Shown here in pieces: positions 1 to 11,632 of a DNA stretch of 64,000 nucleotides (the stretch's first letter is position 1; each line of letters opens with the position of its first letter). The position numbers were made by a program, and so were the translations under genes. Under the pieces are notes generated by a model, which was given only the letters and a program-made list of their open reading frames with translations, was not told the origin of the DNA and ran no database searches. The stretch comes from an uncultured Acidobacteriota bacterium (GTDB taxonomy: Bacteria; Acidobacteriota; Vicinamibacteria; Vicinamibacterales; UBA2999), in assembly GCA_963786365.1 (NCBI GenBank), contig CAWAYR010000022.1, positions 453,435 to 517,434 on the forward strand, read 5' to 3'.

Positions 1-321
1 TCGACGCGCATCTGCGTCTCGAGGATGCCGGCGTTGTTGACCAGCGCCGACACGCGACCGAGCTCGACGTCGCAGGTGGCGAAGATCCGCATGACGTCGG
101 CGTCGACGCCGACATCGCCCTGGACCGCCAGGGCCGTGCCGCCGGCCGCGCGAATCGAGGCGACGACGGCATCGGCGGCGACGGCGTTGGCTCGATAGTT
201 CACGCACACGGCGTAGCCGCGCGACGCGGCCAGGCGGGCGGTGGCGGCGCCGATGCCGCGGCTTCCGCCGGTGACCAGGGCGACCCGCCCGGCGACGTTC
301 GCCGCGCTCCCGGCCGTCACG
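1..321 (-). CDS. SDR-family oxidoreductase, N-terminal part (gene runs off the window start)
   Basis: Reverse translation from about 321 gives VTAGSAANVAGRVALVTGGSRGIGAATARLAASRGYAV...LVNNAGIL, with the TGxxxGIG Rossmann and NNAG motifs. The GTG start overlaps the TGA of the upstream gene (GTGA). It is absent from the ORF track because it has no stop inside the window. Confidence 0.8.
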
Positions 322-2103
322 CCAGCTCGCGCCGGAGCGCCCTGACGGTCGCCCGTACTTTGTTCAGCTCGCGGACCAGGCCGACCTTGATGAACGGCTG
401 CAGCTCGGCGGGCGCGGCGCCGAGCGTCGCCGCCGCCTCGAGCCGGGGGACGGCGCCGAACTTCAGCGCCGGGTCGTGATCGAAGCGCTCGCCCTTGGCG
501 TAGTTGAGCGGCACCAGCAGTCGCGCGATGCGGCGGAGCACGCCGTTCAGGCGCCGACGCTGGACGGCCTCGCCCGACGCCGCCACGCTGGCCTCGGCCC
601 GGGCCCGCCACTCGGCGCAGGCGGTGCCGAGCGCGGTCAGGTCATCGAGGAGCGGCGCAAAGTCGATCGCCCCGGCGGCGGCCTGGTGATAGCGGGCGAC
701 GGCCGCTCGCACCTCGTCAATCGCCGCCGTGTAGTCGAACGGGTGCAGCGGCGCGTTCAGGATGCGCACGATCGTCGTGAGGTAGACACACAGGTCGCGG
801 CGCAGGATCTCGAGGTCGGCGACCGGCATCAGATCGTCGGGGGTGTGCCACGCGATGTTGCCGCCGCAGCCGCCGACCGCGTAGTAGCCGCGCCGCTGTG
901 CGCTCCTCGATCGGGATGTTCGACAGCAGCATGTAGAGGCCGGTGGGGCCGATCTGGTTGAACGAGTAGTCGCCGGCGCGCAGCGGCCGCACCCGTTCCG
1001 AGGACAGGCCGAGGGCGTCCTGGATCGACGTCCGGCACAGCGCGTCCGCCTCGGCCATCCACATCACTTCCTCGTAGGCGGTGGCGCCCGCGCATCCCGG
1101 CGAGTCGATGTCGAGCTGGGCGATGCAGTGCTCGTCGATCTCGTCGGCGAAGGTGTCGGCGTACCACGTCGATCCGGCGTAGCGGCCGGTCGAGTGGCCG
1201 GGCCACCAGGCGATGCGCACCGAGCGCTTCAGACGATCGCGCAGGCCCCACAGCACTCGCGCCAGCTCCAGCAAGGCGGCGTCGCCGGTGGCGTTGTCGC
1301 CGATGCCCTCGTACCAGGAGTCGTAGTGGCCGTGCACGAGCAGGAACTCGTCGGGATCCTCCTGGCCGCGGATCTCGACCACCGGCAACAGGCACCGCAT
1401 CCAGCCCTCGCGCAGCCAGGTCTTGATCGACGCGCGGACCGGGCCGCGCTGGACGTCGGCGATGAGCGCCTCGCCGTCGGGGTGGTTGATGCAGACCACG
1501 GGGACGGTCGGCTTGCGGCCGAGCGACTCGGCGGTGGGCGCGCCCCAGATCGAGGTGCAGATGCCCTCGTGCACGTTCTTCCCGGGGTGGATGAAGATCT
1601 CGCCGAGCGCGCCGCGGCGCTCGAACGCGCCGACCGCCGCCGGCATCGAGAAGCCCTCGGTGAGGACGATGCGGCCGCGGACCGGATCGTCGCCGCCACT
1701 GGCGCGCGCGGCGTCGGGCAGGTCGAAGAGGCTGGCGGTGCCGCCGGCGTACTTCGACGGCACATAGACGATCTCGCCGGCGACGGCGTCGTCGCCGGTC
1801 GCCCGCGCCATCGCCGGAGGGCGGGCGTGGAGCACGCGTGCGCCGGCCGCGCCGGCGATCGACAGCTCGGCGCGCACCGGGTTGCTGATGTAGAGCTCGG
1901 GCGTGTGCAGCGTCACCGGCACGCCCAGCGCCGCCAGGCGCTCGACGAGGTAGCGGCCGGCCGCATCCTCATCGGCGGTGCCCGACTCACGCACGAGGGT
2001 GACGAACCGCTCGAGCAGCGCCCGCGGCTCGTCGAGCCGAATGGCCCCGTGCGCGTCGCCCTCGAGCGACTCGTTCTTATAGACAGTAAAGGACTTGGAC
2101 ACG
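317..2103 (-). pseudogene. M28-family metallopeptidase with PA domain, one frame break near 890
   Basis: ORFs 717..2162 and 317..829 join into one protein. Motifs: 'LLVHGHYDSWYEGIGDNATG' and 'AWWPGHSTGRYAGSTWY' (M28 zinc-ligand regions). The frame is lost after 'NIPIEE' and resumes as 'GYYAVGGCGGNIAWHTPDDLMPVADL'. The likely GTG start ('VSKSFTVYK') is near 2103. Confidence 0.8.
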
Positions 2104-2111
2104 CCAGCCGC

Positions 2112-2175
2112 TCCAAGGGGCCAGGCCCCACTGGCAAGGTTCTTGCGCCGATCTCGCGCCAAAGGGGCCAGGCCC
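2112..2175. repeat. Two copies of the palindromic 13-mer GGGGCCAGGCCCC in the symporter/peptidase spacer
   Basis: 'ccaaggggccaggcccc' at 2112-2128 and 'ccaaaggggccaggcccc' at 2158-2175, about 46 nt apart, between the symporter stop and the peptidase start. Confidence 0.6.
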
Positions 2176-2177
2176 CG

Positions 2178-3614
2178 TCAGCGTTCGTCGAAGAATATCG
2201 CGAGGTTGCGGTCGGGCGTCGGCGGCGTCAGCCGGCTCACCACCACGAAGGCCAGCGCGCTCATCGCCACGCCGACCTCCACCGAGTCGATGCCATGCGC
2301 GGCGAAGCTGCGCTGCAGGGTGAAGGTCCAGACCAGACATGCGGCGAAGCCGACCGCCATCGCCGCGATCGCTCCCTCCTTGGTGCCGCGTCGCCAGTTG
2401 AGGCCGAGCACCACCGGCACGAAGAAGAAGCTGGCGATGAACTTGGCCTGTTCGATCACGATCGCCTGGACGTCGCCGAGCCGCAGGGTCGCCATCCAGA
2501 ACGGAATCACGCCGAGCACGACGATCGACAGCCGGTTGACCCACACCAGCCGGCGTTGCGACGCCGCCGGGTTGACCAGCCGCTTGTAGAGGTCGTGCGC
2601 GAACGCCCCGCCGGTGACCAGCAGGATCGAGTTGACCGTCGACATGATCGCCGACAGCATGGCGATGACGAACAGCGCGCCGAGGAGTGGCGACATCACC
2701 GTGGCCGCCATCACGCTCGAGGCCTGGTCGGGAAACGGCAGATACGGGTAGATGCCGCGGATGCCGATGCCGAGGATCATCACGCTCGATCCGATCAGCA
2801 CCTGCATGAGCATCGAGATCCCGATCGCATACCGCACCGTCGCGACGTCGCGCATCGAGTAGTAGCGCGTCATCTCGTAGGGCGCGGCGGTGATGCCGAA
2901 GCCGAAGGCCATGCCGAACGCCAGCAGCTCCTTCCACGTGAACCACCAGCCGGTGACGCGCGGCTCGATCGAGCCGACGTACTCGCCCAGCGCGGTCAAT
3001 CCGCCGGTGTGGGACAGCACCACCGGCACGGCGCAGACCAGCGCCAGCACCATGATCAGCGTCTGGATGAACTCGACGTACGAGCTCGCCCGCACCCCGC
3101 CGACGGCGGTGTAGAAGCCGGTGCTGGCCAGCAGTGCCGCCATCGCCGCCATCGGCGCCACGCCGAAGGCCGCCGAGGCGATCTCGCCGATCGCCTGGAA
3201 CTGCGCCGTCAGCAGGATCGAGTAGCACACGATGATGAGCGCGGCGGCGAGCGTTCGCGCGTGCTCGCTGGCGAAGCGGGTGCCGACGTAGTCGGCCACG
3301 GTGAGCGCACCGAAGCGGCGCAGCTTGGTCGCCACGAACATCGCCGAGAGCAGCCAGCCGGTCCAGACGCCGAACCAGATCCACGTCCAACTGACGCCGG
3401 TCAGGTAGTGGCGGCCGAGCGTCCCGACGAAGGTGCCGGCGCTGATCTGCGTAGCGGCCAGCACCGCGCCGCCGACCCACGGGCCGATGGTGCGACCGGC
3501 GGCCAGGAATTCCTCTTCGTTGGTGGCGCGCCGGTAGCCCCACACCGACATGCCGATGACGACGGCGAGATACGCCAGCGTCGCCACGAACAGCACCGAC
3601 TGGTCAGCGGTCAA
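2178..3614 (-). CDS. Sodium:solute symporter (SSS family)
   Basis: Intact 478-aa ORF, polytopic. N-terminus 'AYLAVVIGMSVWGYRRATNEEEFLAAGRTIGPWVGGAVLAATQISAGTFVG' is typical of SSF transporters. TTG start overlaps the upstream stop. Confidence 0.9.
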   Translation of the reverse strand: MTADQSVLFVATLAYLAVVIGMSVWGYRRATNEEEFLAAGRTIGPWVGGAVLAATQISAGTFVGTLGRHYLTGVSWTWIWFGVWTGWLLSAMFVATKLRRFGALTVADYVGTRFASEHARTLAAALIIVCYSILLTAQFQAIGEIASAAFGVAPMAAMAALLASTGFYTAVGGVRASSYVEFIQTLIMVLALVCAVPVVLSHTGGLTALGEYVGSIEPRVTGWWFTWKELLAFGMAFGFGITAAPYEMTRYYSMRDVATVRYAIGISMLMQVLIGSSVMILGIGIRGIYPYLPFPDQASSVMAATVMSPLLGALFVIAMLSAIMSTVNSILLVTGGAFAHDLYKRLVNPAASQRRLVWVNRLSIVVLGVIPFWMATLRLGDVQAIVIEQAKFIASFFFVPVVLGLNWRRGTKEGAIAAMAVGFAACLVWTFTLQRSFAAHGIDSVEVGVAMSALAFVVVSRLTPPTPDRNLAIFFDER

Positions 3615-3727
3615 CGACCGCCTCGCTCGCGGTCGCGCCGTGCCTCGCGCGCCGCCCAGAGGAAGTAGAGGACCAGCCAGGCGACGGCGGCCACGAAGAA
3701 CCCGTAGAAGCTCCAGCCGAAGCCCAC
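3611..3727 (-). CDS. Small single-TM protein coupled to the symporter (DUF3311-like accessory subunit?)
   Basis: The 38 codons 'VGFGWSFYGFFVAAVAWLVLYFLWAAREARRDRERGGR' form one hydrophobic helix plus a basic tail. Its GTG overlaps the TAG of the upstream gene, and its TGA overlaps the symporter start. Confidence 0.35.
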   Translation of the reverse strand: MGFGWSFYGFFVAAVAWLVLYFLWAAREARRDRERGGR

Positions 3728-4365
3728 TACCGCTCCGTCCTCGTCCGGCGCCAGAAGACCAGCGACGCCACCGCCAGCACGCCGATCGACACGGCGTCCA
3801 TGAGCCGGGCGAGGTTCCAGGGTGCGGTCACGCCTTCGGCGTCGTAGGGCAGCCGCACGAACGCCGGCAGATGGCCGAGGGTCGCCGTGCCGACGCCGTT
3901 CGCCCAGGCGAAAGCCGGCATGGTCCCCGACGGCTGCGCGCCGGCGGGCAGACTGGCCGTGATCCTGACCGACCGCGACCGTCCGTCGGCTGGCGTCGTC
4001 GGCAGCCAGAGCGGGCATCGGAAGGCGCCCGCGGCGGGCTGTGCCACCCGGTAGTGGAGCGTATAGGTCGGAGACGACGGCCGCACGACCAGCGCGCGCG
4101 TGCGGCCCACGTCGTGAGGCGGCTCGGCGCCCGGCGCCTCGAGCAGCGTGATCACGCTGCCTTCGAGCGTCGCCAGGCGGTGTTCGATCGCGGCCGCGCC
4201 GTCGACCGACAGGGTGAGCCGCACCTCGCAGGCCAGTGGCGACGTCATCGTCATCTCCGCGTGGGCCGTGCGGAGAACACCGGGAGCGGCCAGCACCGGC
4301 ACGCGGCCGAGCACGCCGACGACGCCGACGAGGATCGCGGCTCGAGCGGTGATACGCGGGATCAT
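3727..4365 (-). CDS. Hypothetical protein with N-terminal signal/anchor and C-terminal TM helix
   Basis: Probable start 'MIPRITARAAILVGVVGVLGRVPVLAAP'; ends 'AVSIGVLAVASLVFWRRTRTER'. No family recognised. Stop overlaps the next start. Confidence 0.5.
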   Translation of the reverse strand: MIPRITARAAILVGVVGVLGRVPVLAAPGVLRTAHAEMTMTSPLACEVRLTLSVDGAAAIEHRLATLEGSVITLLEAPGAEPPHDVGRTRALVVRPSSPTYTLHYRVAQPAAGAFRCPLWLPTTPADGRSRSVRITASLPAGAQPSGTMPAFAWANGVGTATLGHLPAFVRLPYDAEGVTAPWNLARLMDAVSIGVLAVASLVFWRRTRTER

Positions 4366-4447
4366 CGGCCAGCGGACTCTACCGCGCGTATGCACATGGT
4401 GCAAGGCATGCGGCGCGGCCGCCGCGCGATCCACCTGCCGACCGCGG

Positions 4448-4831
4448 TCAGGCCGGGCGGCGGATCGCCGTCGGATGGGTCGGCTGGTAGAGCCCGAGCT
4501 CGCCGCCGCTGGGCAACGTCACCGTGGTGCGGATGCCCCACCGCTCGGTGTGGACGTCAGAGGTCGAGGCGCCGCGCGACTCGAGGTCCTTGATCGTGGC
4601 CCGCAGTTCGTCGCACATCAGATAGAGCACGGCGCCCAGCATCTCGTGGCCGGCGTCGCGCTGGACGAAGCTCTGCGTCGCCGGATGTACCGCGATCTCC
4701 GCCGGGGGCAGGCCCAGGATCATCCAGCCGCCGCCGGCGTCGACGCCGGTCAGGCCGAGCACGTTCTGCAGGAACTGCCGATCCGCGTCCGCGTCGCGGC
4801 TGTAGAGCAGGAAGTGGGCGCCGTGAATCAT
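4448..4831 (-). CDS. VOC/glyoxalase-family protein
   Basis: 'MIHGAHFLLYSRDADADRQFLQNVLGL...GGWMILGLPPAEIAVHP...LYLMCDEL...LESRGAS' is a small beta-alpha-beta-beta-beta module typical of glyoxalase/bleomycin-resistance proteins. Confidence 0.7.
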   Translation of the reverse strand: MIHGAHFLLYSRDADADRQFLQNVLGLTGVDAGGGWMILGLPPAEIAVHPATQSFVQRDAGHEMLGAVLYLMCDELRATIKDLESRGASTSDVHTERWGIRTTVTLPSGGELGLYQPTHPTAIRRPA

Positions 4832-4898
4832 CGCTGGCCTCCGCAACTGCCGACCTGGGGACTTCGTCGAGGGCCGCAGTATAGCGAGACCGGCGGTG

Positions 4899-5244
4899 TC
4901 AGGCGGTTCGGTGGCGGTGCCGCTCCATGTCCCGTTTCATGCGGCTGAGCAGCGCCACGGCGCTGGTCGCGTAGGGCGAGATCCAGCGGTCGTGGATCTC
5001 CTTCACCGGCGTGGCGTTCAGATAGTTCCAGCGCACCCGCCCCTGGCGGTGCGAGATCACCAGCCCGGCGCGCTCGAGCACGCCGATGTGCTGCATCACG
5101 GTGCAGCGGTCCAGCGCCGTCGGCGAAGTGGTCGCACAGCGCGCCGGTCGTGCGCGGCGCGACCTTCAGCAGGTCGAGGATCTCGCGCCGGCGGGCGTCG
5201 GCCAGGGCCTTGAACAGCTGGTCGTCCCGGGCCGTGGTTGACAT
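4899..5244 (-). pseudogene. ArsR/SmtB-family HTH regulator, one frame break near 5120
   Basis: 'FKALADARRREILDLLKVAPRTTGALCDHF' (ORF 4828..5244) continues in ORF 4899..5099 as 'MQHIGVLERAGLVISHRQGRVRWNYLN'. Together these make the HTH and wing. Confidence 0.8.
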
Positions 5245-5293
5245 GTTATAAAATTATAACATAATCTCGTCGGCACGAAGGAGGGCAAGCGAC

Positions 5294-5735
5294 ATGGATC
5301 TGAAGTTCCAGGTGCAGTTGAAGATTCAGCGGCCGGTGGCCGAGGTGTTCGACGGCGTGGTCAACCCGGCGAAGCTGAGTGGTTACTTCGTGCAGAAATC
5401 GAGCGGGCCGCTGCGCGAGGGCACGACCGTGCAGTGGACGTTCGCCGAGGTGCCGGGCGACCACGACATCGTGGTCCGGCGGGTCGTGGCCAACGAGACG
5501 ATCGTCTTCGAGTGGGCGGCGGCCGAGGGCGGCTACAACACCACGGTGGAGATGACGTTCGTGCCGCTCGACGCGCAAGACCACGATGGTGCGGATCGGC
5601 GAGTCGGGCTGGCGCGACACGGCGGCCGGGCTGGCCGCCTCGTACGACAACTGCGGCGGCTGGATGCACATGGCCCTGTGCCTCAAGGCGTACCTCGAGC
5701 ACGGCATCAACCTGCGGGCCGGCGGCGCCCTCTGA
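5294..5735 (+). pseudogene. SRPBCC/AHSA1-family protein, one frame break near 5578
   Basis: 'MDLKFQVQLKIQRPVAEVFDGVVNPAKLSGYF...' followed, after a shift, by 'KTTMVRIGESGWRDTAAGLAASYDNCGGWMHMALCLKAYLEHG'. It sits divergent from ArsR, a common pairing. Confidence 0.75.
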
Positions 5736-5850
5736 CCGCCGTCTGCCGTCCGATCGACAATGTGCCGGGAGCCGACGTCGAGAACCGACAGTCGGCTCCG
5801 ACTACCCGGTAGACACGCCAATCGGGGCGTGACGTTCGAGAGGACCGACG

Positions 5851-6245
5851 ATGAAGTTCATGCTGATGATGCACGCTCCCAAGGCCGGCTGGAAGGACGC
5901 GGGCATCGGCACCTGGCCGCCGGCCGACATCCAGGCCCACATCGCGTTCATGATGCGCTTCCACGACGAGCTGAAGCAGTCGGGGGAACTGGTCGACGCG
6001 CAAGGGCTGGCCGGCCCGGAAGAGGCGCTGGTCGTGCGGGCGACGGCGGCCGGCGCCCCGGACGTCACCGACGGCCCCTTTGCCGAGGCCAAGGAGTTCC
6101 TGGCCGGCTTCTGGATCGTCGATGTCGAGACCAAGGCGCAGGCCTATGCCATCGCCGCCCGAGCCTCGGCGGCCCCCGGCAAGGGCGGGGTGCCGATGAA
6201 CATGCCGATCGAGGTGCGCCAGGTGATGAGCGCGCCGCCGCAGGA

Positions 6246-6249
<4 letters not shown>
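5851..6249 (+). CDS. YCII-related (DGPF-motif) protein
   Basis: Intact 132 aa with 'DVTDGPFAEAKEFLAGFWIVDV', the DGPF signature of the YCII superfamily. Confidence 0.8.
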
Positions 6250-7485
<1,236 letters not shown>

Positions 7486-7572
7486 TGCGCGTGTGGAAGG
7501 GCGAATCGGAGACGCACCGCCACCCACTACGACGTGGCGTTCGAGTCGCCGCCGTCGTCTCCCCCCGGCTCC

Positions 7573-9895
7573 CTACTTCTGGAGCAGGTAGTTCACCTTG
7601 ACCAACAGCTGCCGATCCATCTGCGGGAACAGGTCGGCCGGCAACCCGGTCTGCCGCAGGTCGTTGTAGACGACGTAGAGATCGCTGCCCGGACGGTGGA
7701 TCAGGTTGAAGCGGATGTTGTTCGAGACCTCGTTGGTGCTGGTGTTGTACTGGGTGAGGCTGCGGATGGTCATGCGCGGGCTGAACGTGAAGTCGACGCG
7801 CAACGTCGTCAGGTTGACCAGGAAGTTGCCCCACGGCATCTTGACGTCGTTGCGGCTGTACTGCAGCTCGGACGACAGCCGGCTGGTGGCGCGGGCACCG
7901 AAGGCATAGAGCCAGGCTGCGGCGGGTGCCGCCGTAGAAGTCGGTCGGCTGCCAGGTCACCCGCTGGTAGAGCCGTCGGCCGGGGCTCGTGTTGTAGGTG
8001 AACATCCACTCGTCCATGTTGTAGCTGCCGACCGGGATGCGCACGCCGGGCCGGATGTTGAACGGCGTGTCGAGCACGTCGAGCTGCTTCTGGTAGATCA
8101 CGTTGATGAACGAGTCGTCGCGCAGCGTCGTCCCGAGCATCAGGTGGTGCATGCGGTTGACCAGCCGATTCGTCTGGTCGGTGGTGTAGGTGAGCACGTA
8201 CATCGGCTCCATCACCTTGATCCGCCCCCGTTTGGGCCGCGGCGTCGGGCTGAAGTAGGCCTTGGTCGTGCGGATGCCGGTGCGCTGCACGAAGCCGGCC
8301 TCGGCGTTGAAGTTCTCCTGGACGTCGAGGTAGTTGAGCCACACGTTCCAGCTCGGATCGCGGTAGGCGACGCGCCCGTAGAAGGACATGTCCTGGCCTT
8401 CCCCGATCGGACGGCCGCCGACCCACGGCATCTCGGGGTTGGTCGCGGTCTTGGCCAGGAAGGAGTTGACCTGGAAGCTGTTGCCGAAGGTGAAGTTGCC
8501 GTCGACGCCCATCGTGCGGTTGTAGTGCGGGCTGCCGTCGACCGACTCCTTGTTGATGAAGAGCGCACCGACGCGTGAGCGCCGGAACACGTCGCGGCTG
8601 TAGCGGCTGACGAAGAAGTTGTCGCCGGGCCGGCCGAATGCGTCGTCGGTCTGCACGTCCATCACCGCGACGTTGTTGGGGCCGACCTTGCCGGTCAGCC
8701 GCGACCCGGCCAGGATCGGCACCGGCTGGCCGTTCTCGGACAAGCCGATGCGGCGGCTGAAGAAGAGGTCGGTCTGCACCGGCGTCGAGGTGAACGACGA
8801 GCCCGTGCCCACGGCGAATGCGTTCGAGTTCTCGAGGAAGAAGTCGCGCTTCTCGGGATAGAACAGCCCGAAGCGGGTCAGGTTGACCTGCTGCTCGTCG
8901 ACTTCGACCTGGGCGAAGTCGGTGTTCAGGGTGACGTCGAGATTGAGGCCGGCGGTGACGCCCCACCGGGCGTCGAGGCCGACGTCCTTGACCCACGACG
9001 TCGACTGGACCGCGGCCGAGAGCTCACGGTCGTGCACGCCGGTGACGAAGAACGGCTTCAACTTCAGATCCCAGCCGAGGCTCAGCCCCTGCAGGCCGCG
9101 CAGCTCCCCGGCCAGGCTGACGCGCGTCAGGCTGTAGGCGCGCGGGATCGGCGACCAGTAGTCGAGCTCGTTCTTGCGGCGGATGTGACGCAGGAAGTTG
9201 ATGCCCCAGGTCTGCTCGTCGCTGGAGCGGAAGCGCAGGGTGTTGGTGGGAATGGCCATTTCCGCCGTCCACCCGTCGCTGGTGATCTGCGCGGCCGAGT
9301 TCCACACGCCTTCCCAATTGCGGTTGACGTTCGAGGTGGTGCCGCGGCCGCCGCCCTCGCCTTCGTCGAAGATCTGCTGCTCGAGCTTGGCGCCGAGCGG
9401 CGTCGTGACGAACATGTAGCCGTTGCGCGAGTCCTTGAACGTGTCGAGGATGACCTGGAAGTTGTCCTCGTCGAACAGGCGGTCGGAATCGCGCCGCATC
9501 TCGGTGGCCACGACGTCGCCGTGATGGGCGTGCGCGCCGGCATCCGGCCCGGCCGTGTCGGCGGCGGCGGTCACGCCGCCGGACTGGTAGGCGTGGACGG
9601 CGATGTAGATGGTGCGGGCGTCGTAGACGATGCGCACTTCGGTGCGCTCGGTCGCGGGCTGGCCGAGGTTGGGCTCCTGCTGCGTGAAGCCGTCGACCGG
9701 GGTGGCCAGGGACCAGACGTCGTCATCGAGGGCGCCGTCGATTCGCGGGCCTTCGTCCACGCGCACGGCCTGCACGAACGGTCGCTCGCGGCTGGGTTGG
9801 GCGGCGGCTGGTGTCGCCACGGACAGGGCGACGAGGGCGGCGACGACGAGCAGCGACGAACGACGACAGGAACAGTCGGTCGGAGGCATGGTCAA
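7573..9895 (-). pseudogene. DUF5916 / CBM9-like outer-membrane protein (copy 1), frame break near 7910
   Basis: Signal peptide, then 'IDGALDDDVW', 'NFQVILDTFKDSRNGYMF', 'DFAQVEVDEQQVNLTRFGLFYPEKRDFFLE'. The C-terminus is recovered in ORF 7573..7839. Paralogue of 43796..46134. Confidence 0.75.
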
Positions 9896-10094
9896 TCAAC
9901 TAGTGTGCCAGCGGCCGAGCTTGGAGTCGCAACCGCTTGTAATTGTAAAGACCGGTCTAAGAACGACTTAGGCCGAACCAGGGGCTGGTGACCGCCAGCC
10001 CGGACCGGGGGTGCGGCGCCCGGCCACATCCGTCGTCGAGCTCCCCGCGTAGATCGGGCATTCGCGCCCGTTCCCTTGGGAGGAGACCCTGACG

Positions 10095-11607
10095 ATGACT
10101 CGAACCATTCCTGAAGACCGCCCTGGCCGCCGCCGTGGTGGCGGCCCCCCTGGCCGTGTTCACGGCCAATCACCGCGAGGCGCCGATCACGGCACTCGAC
10201 CGCGCCGCCGACATCACCGACTGGTACTCGTTCGTGAGCTACGACGATCCGACCAAGCTCACGATGGTGCTGTCGGTGGACCCCCTGCTCGAACCCGCCA
10301 ACGGCCCGAACTACTTCCCCTTCGATCCCGAGATCCTCTACGAGATGAAGGTCGACAACAACCACGACGCCGTCGAGGACGTCACCCTCCAGTTCCGCTT
10401 CCAGACCGAGCAGCGGAATCCCGGCGTGTTCACCGGCTTCGTCGGCGGCTTGCTGGGCATCCCGCCGATCACCGCGCTCGACGGTCCCGGGTCGGAGGGG
10501 CTGGGCTTCCGCCAGACCTACACCGTGACCGCGATCCGCGGCGACCAGCGCTTCGACCTGAGCGGCGGCCGCAAGCTCTACGCCGTGCCGACCAATGTCG
10601 GGCCCGCGCACCATGCCCAACTACCAGCGCGCTCTACGACCAGGGCATCTACAACCTGGGCAACGGCATCCGCGTCTTCGCCGGCACCACCGACGACCCG
10701 TTCTACATCGATCTGGGCGCCGCGTTCGACTCGCTCAACTTCCGGCCCGAAGCCGGCGGCGGCGTGCTGAGCCCGGCCAACGACGACAACAACACGGTCA
10801 ACGTCGCCCCCGACGACGTCTCCGGCTACAACGTGAACACCATCGCGATCGAGATCCCGATCGCCCTCCTGACCAGCGACCTCCGCCGCCCACACCAACA
10901 CCGAACCGGCGGCGGTGCTCGGCACCTACGGCACGACCTCGCGGCCGCAGATCACCGTGCGGCGCCGGCCGCGCGAGGGCAACGGCAACCTCGAGCCAGG
11001 GGCCGTTCCGCCAGGTGCAGCGCATGGGCAACCCGCTCATCAACGAGCTCATCATCGGCACCGGGTCGAAGGATCGCTTCAGCATGGACGACCCGACCAA
11101 CGACGCCAGTTCGTGGCCTTCTTCGCCCAGCCGCTGCTCGCCGACATCTTCAAGTCGATCGGCGTGCCGGTGCCGACCGGCCCGCGGCTCGACCTGGCGC
11201 CGCTGGTCCAGTACACCGGGCCGACCATCCCGGCCGGGACGCCCAAGGGCCCGGTGGCCGACCTGCTGCGCATCAACACCGGCATCCCGCCGACCCCGGC
11301 CGCCCAGCAGCAGCGGCTCGGCCTGCTCACGCTGCTCGACGGCAACAACGCCAACGACGATGCCGCCGGCTTCCCCAACGGCCGCCGGCCCGACGACGAC
11401 GTGACCGACATCGCCGCCCGCGCCGTGGCCGGCATCCTGGTCAACCCGACGACGTTCGGCACGCGCATCGGCGACGGCGTCAACGTCAACGACATGCCGA
11501 AGCGGGCCACGTTCCCCTACATCCCGCCGGCGCACGACGGCCGCAACAGCCGTCACGTCGACCCCAACGAACCCGGCTGCGCGGGCGTGTGCCCGCCCGG
11601 ACTGTAA
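10095..11607 (+). pseudogene. DUF4331-family exported protein, about five frame breaks
   Basis: 'ANHREAPITALDRAADITDWYSF', 'FAGTTDDPFYIDLGAAFD', 'QRMGNPLINELIIG', 'FPNGRRPDDDVTDI' are spread over three frames, with breaks at ~10100, 10615, 10895, 10990 and 11105. A GGGAGGAG SD precedes the ATG at 10095. Confidence 0.8.
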
Positions 11608-11632
11608 TCGGCTCTCCCCAGGAGACACGACG

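Noticed and set aside
1128-3668. 846-aa plus-strand ORF, the longest in that region
   Set aside because: It is an Arg/Ala/Gly/Asp-rich low-complexity translation, antisense to a well-supported M28 peptidase and Na-solute symporter. This is the typical shadow ORF of a ~70% GC genome.
5760-6245. N-terminal 160 aa of ORF 5760..7238 as part of the sigma factor
   Set aside because: This stretch overlaps the YCII gene out of frame and is Arg/Gly-rich noise. The sigma factor begins at the GTG overlapping the YCII stop (about 6246).
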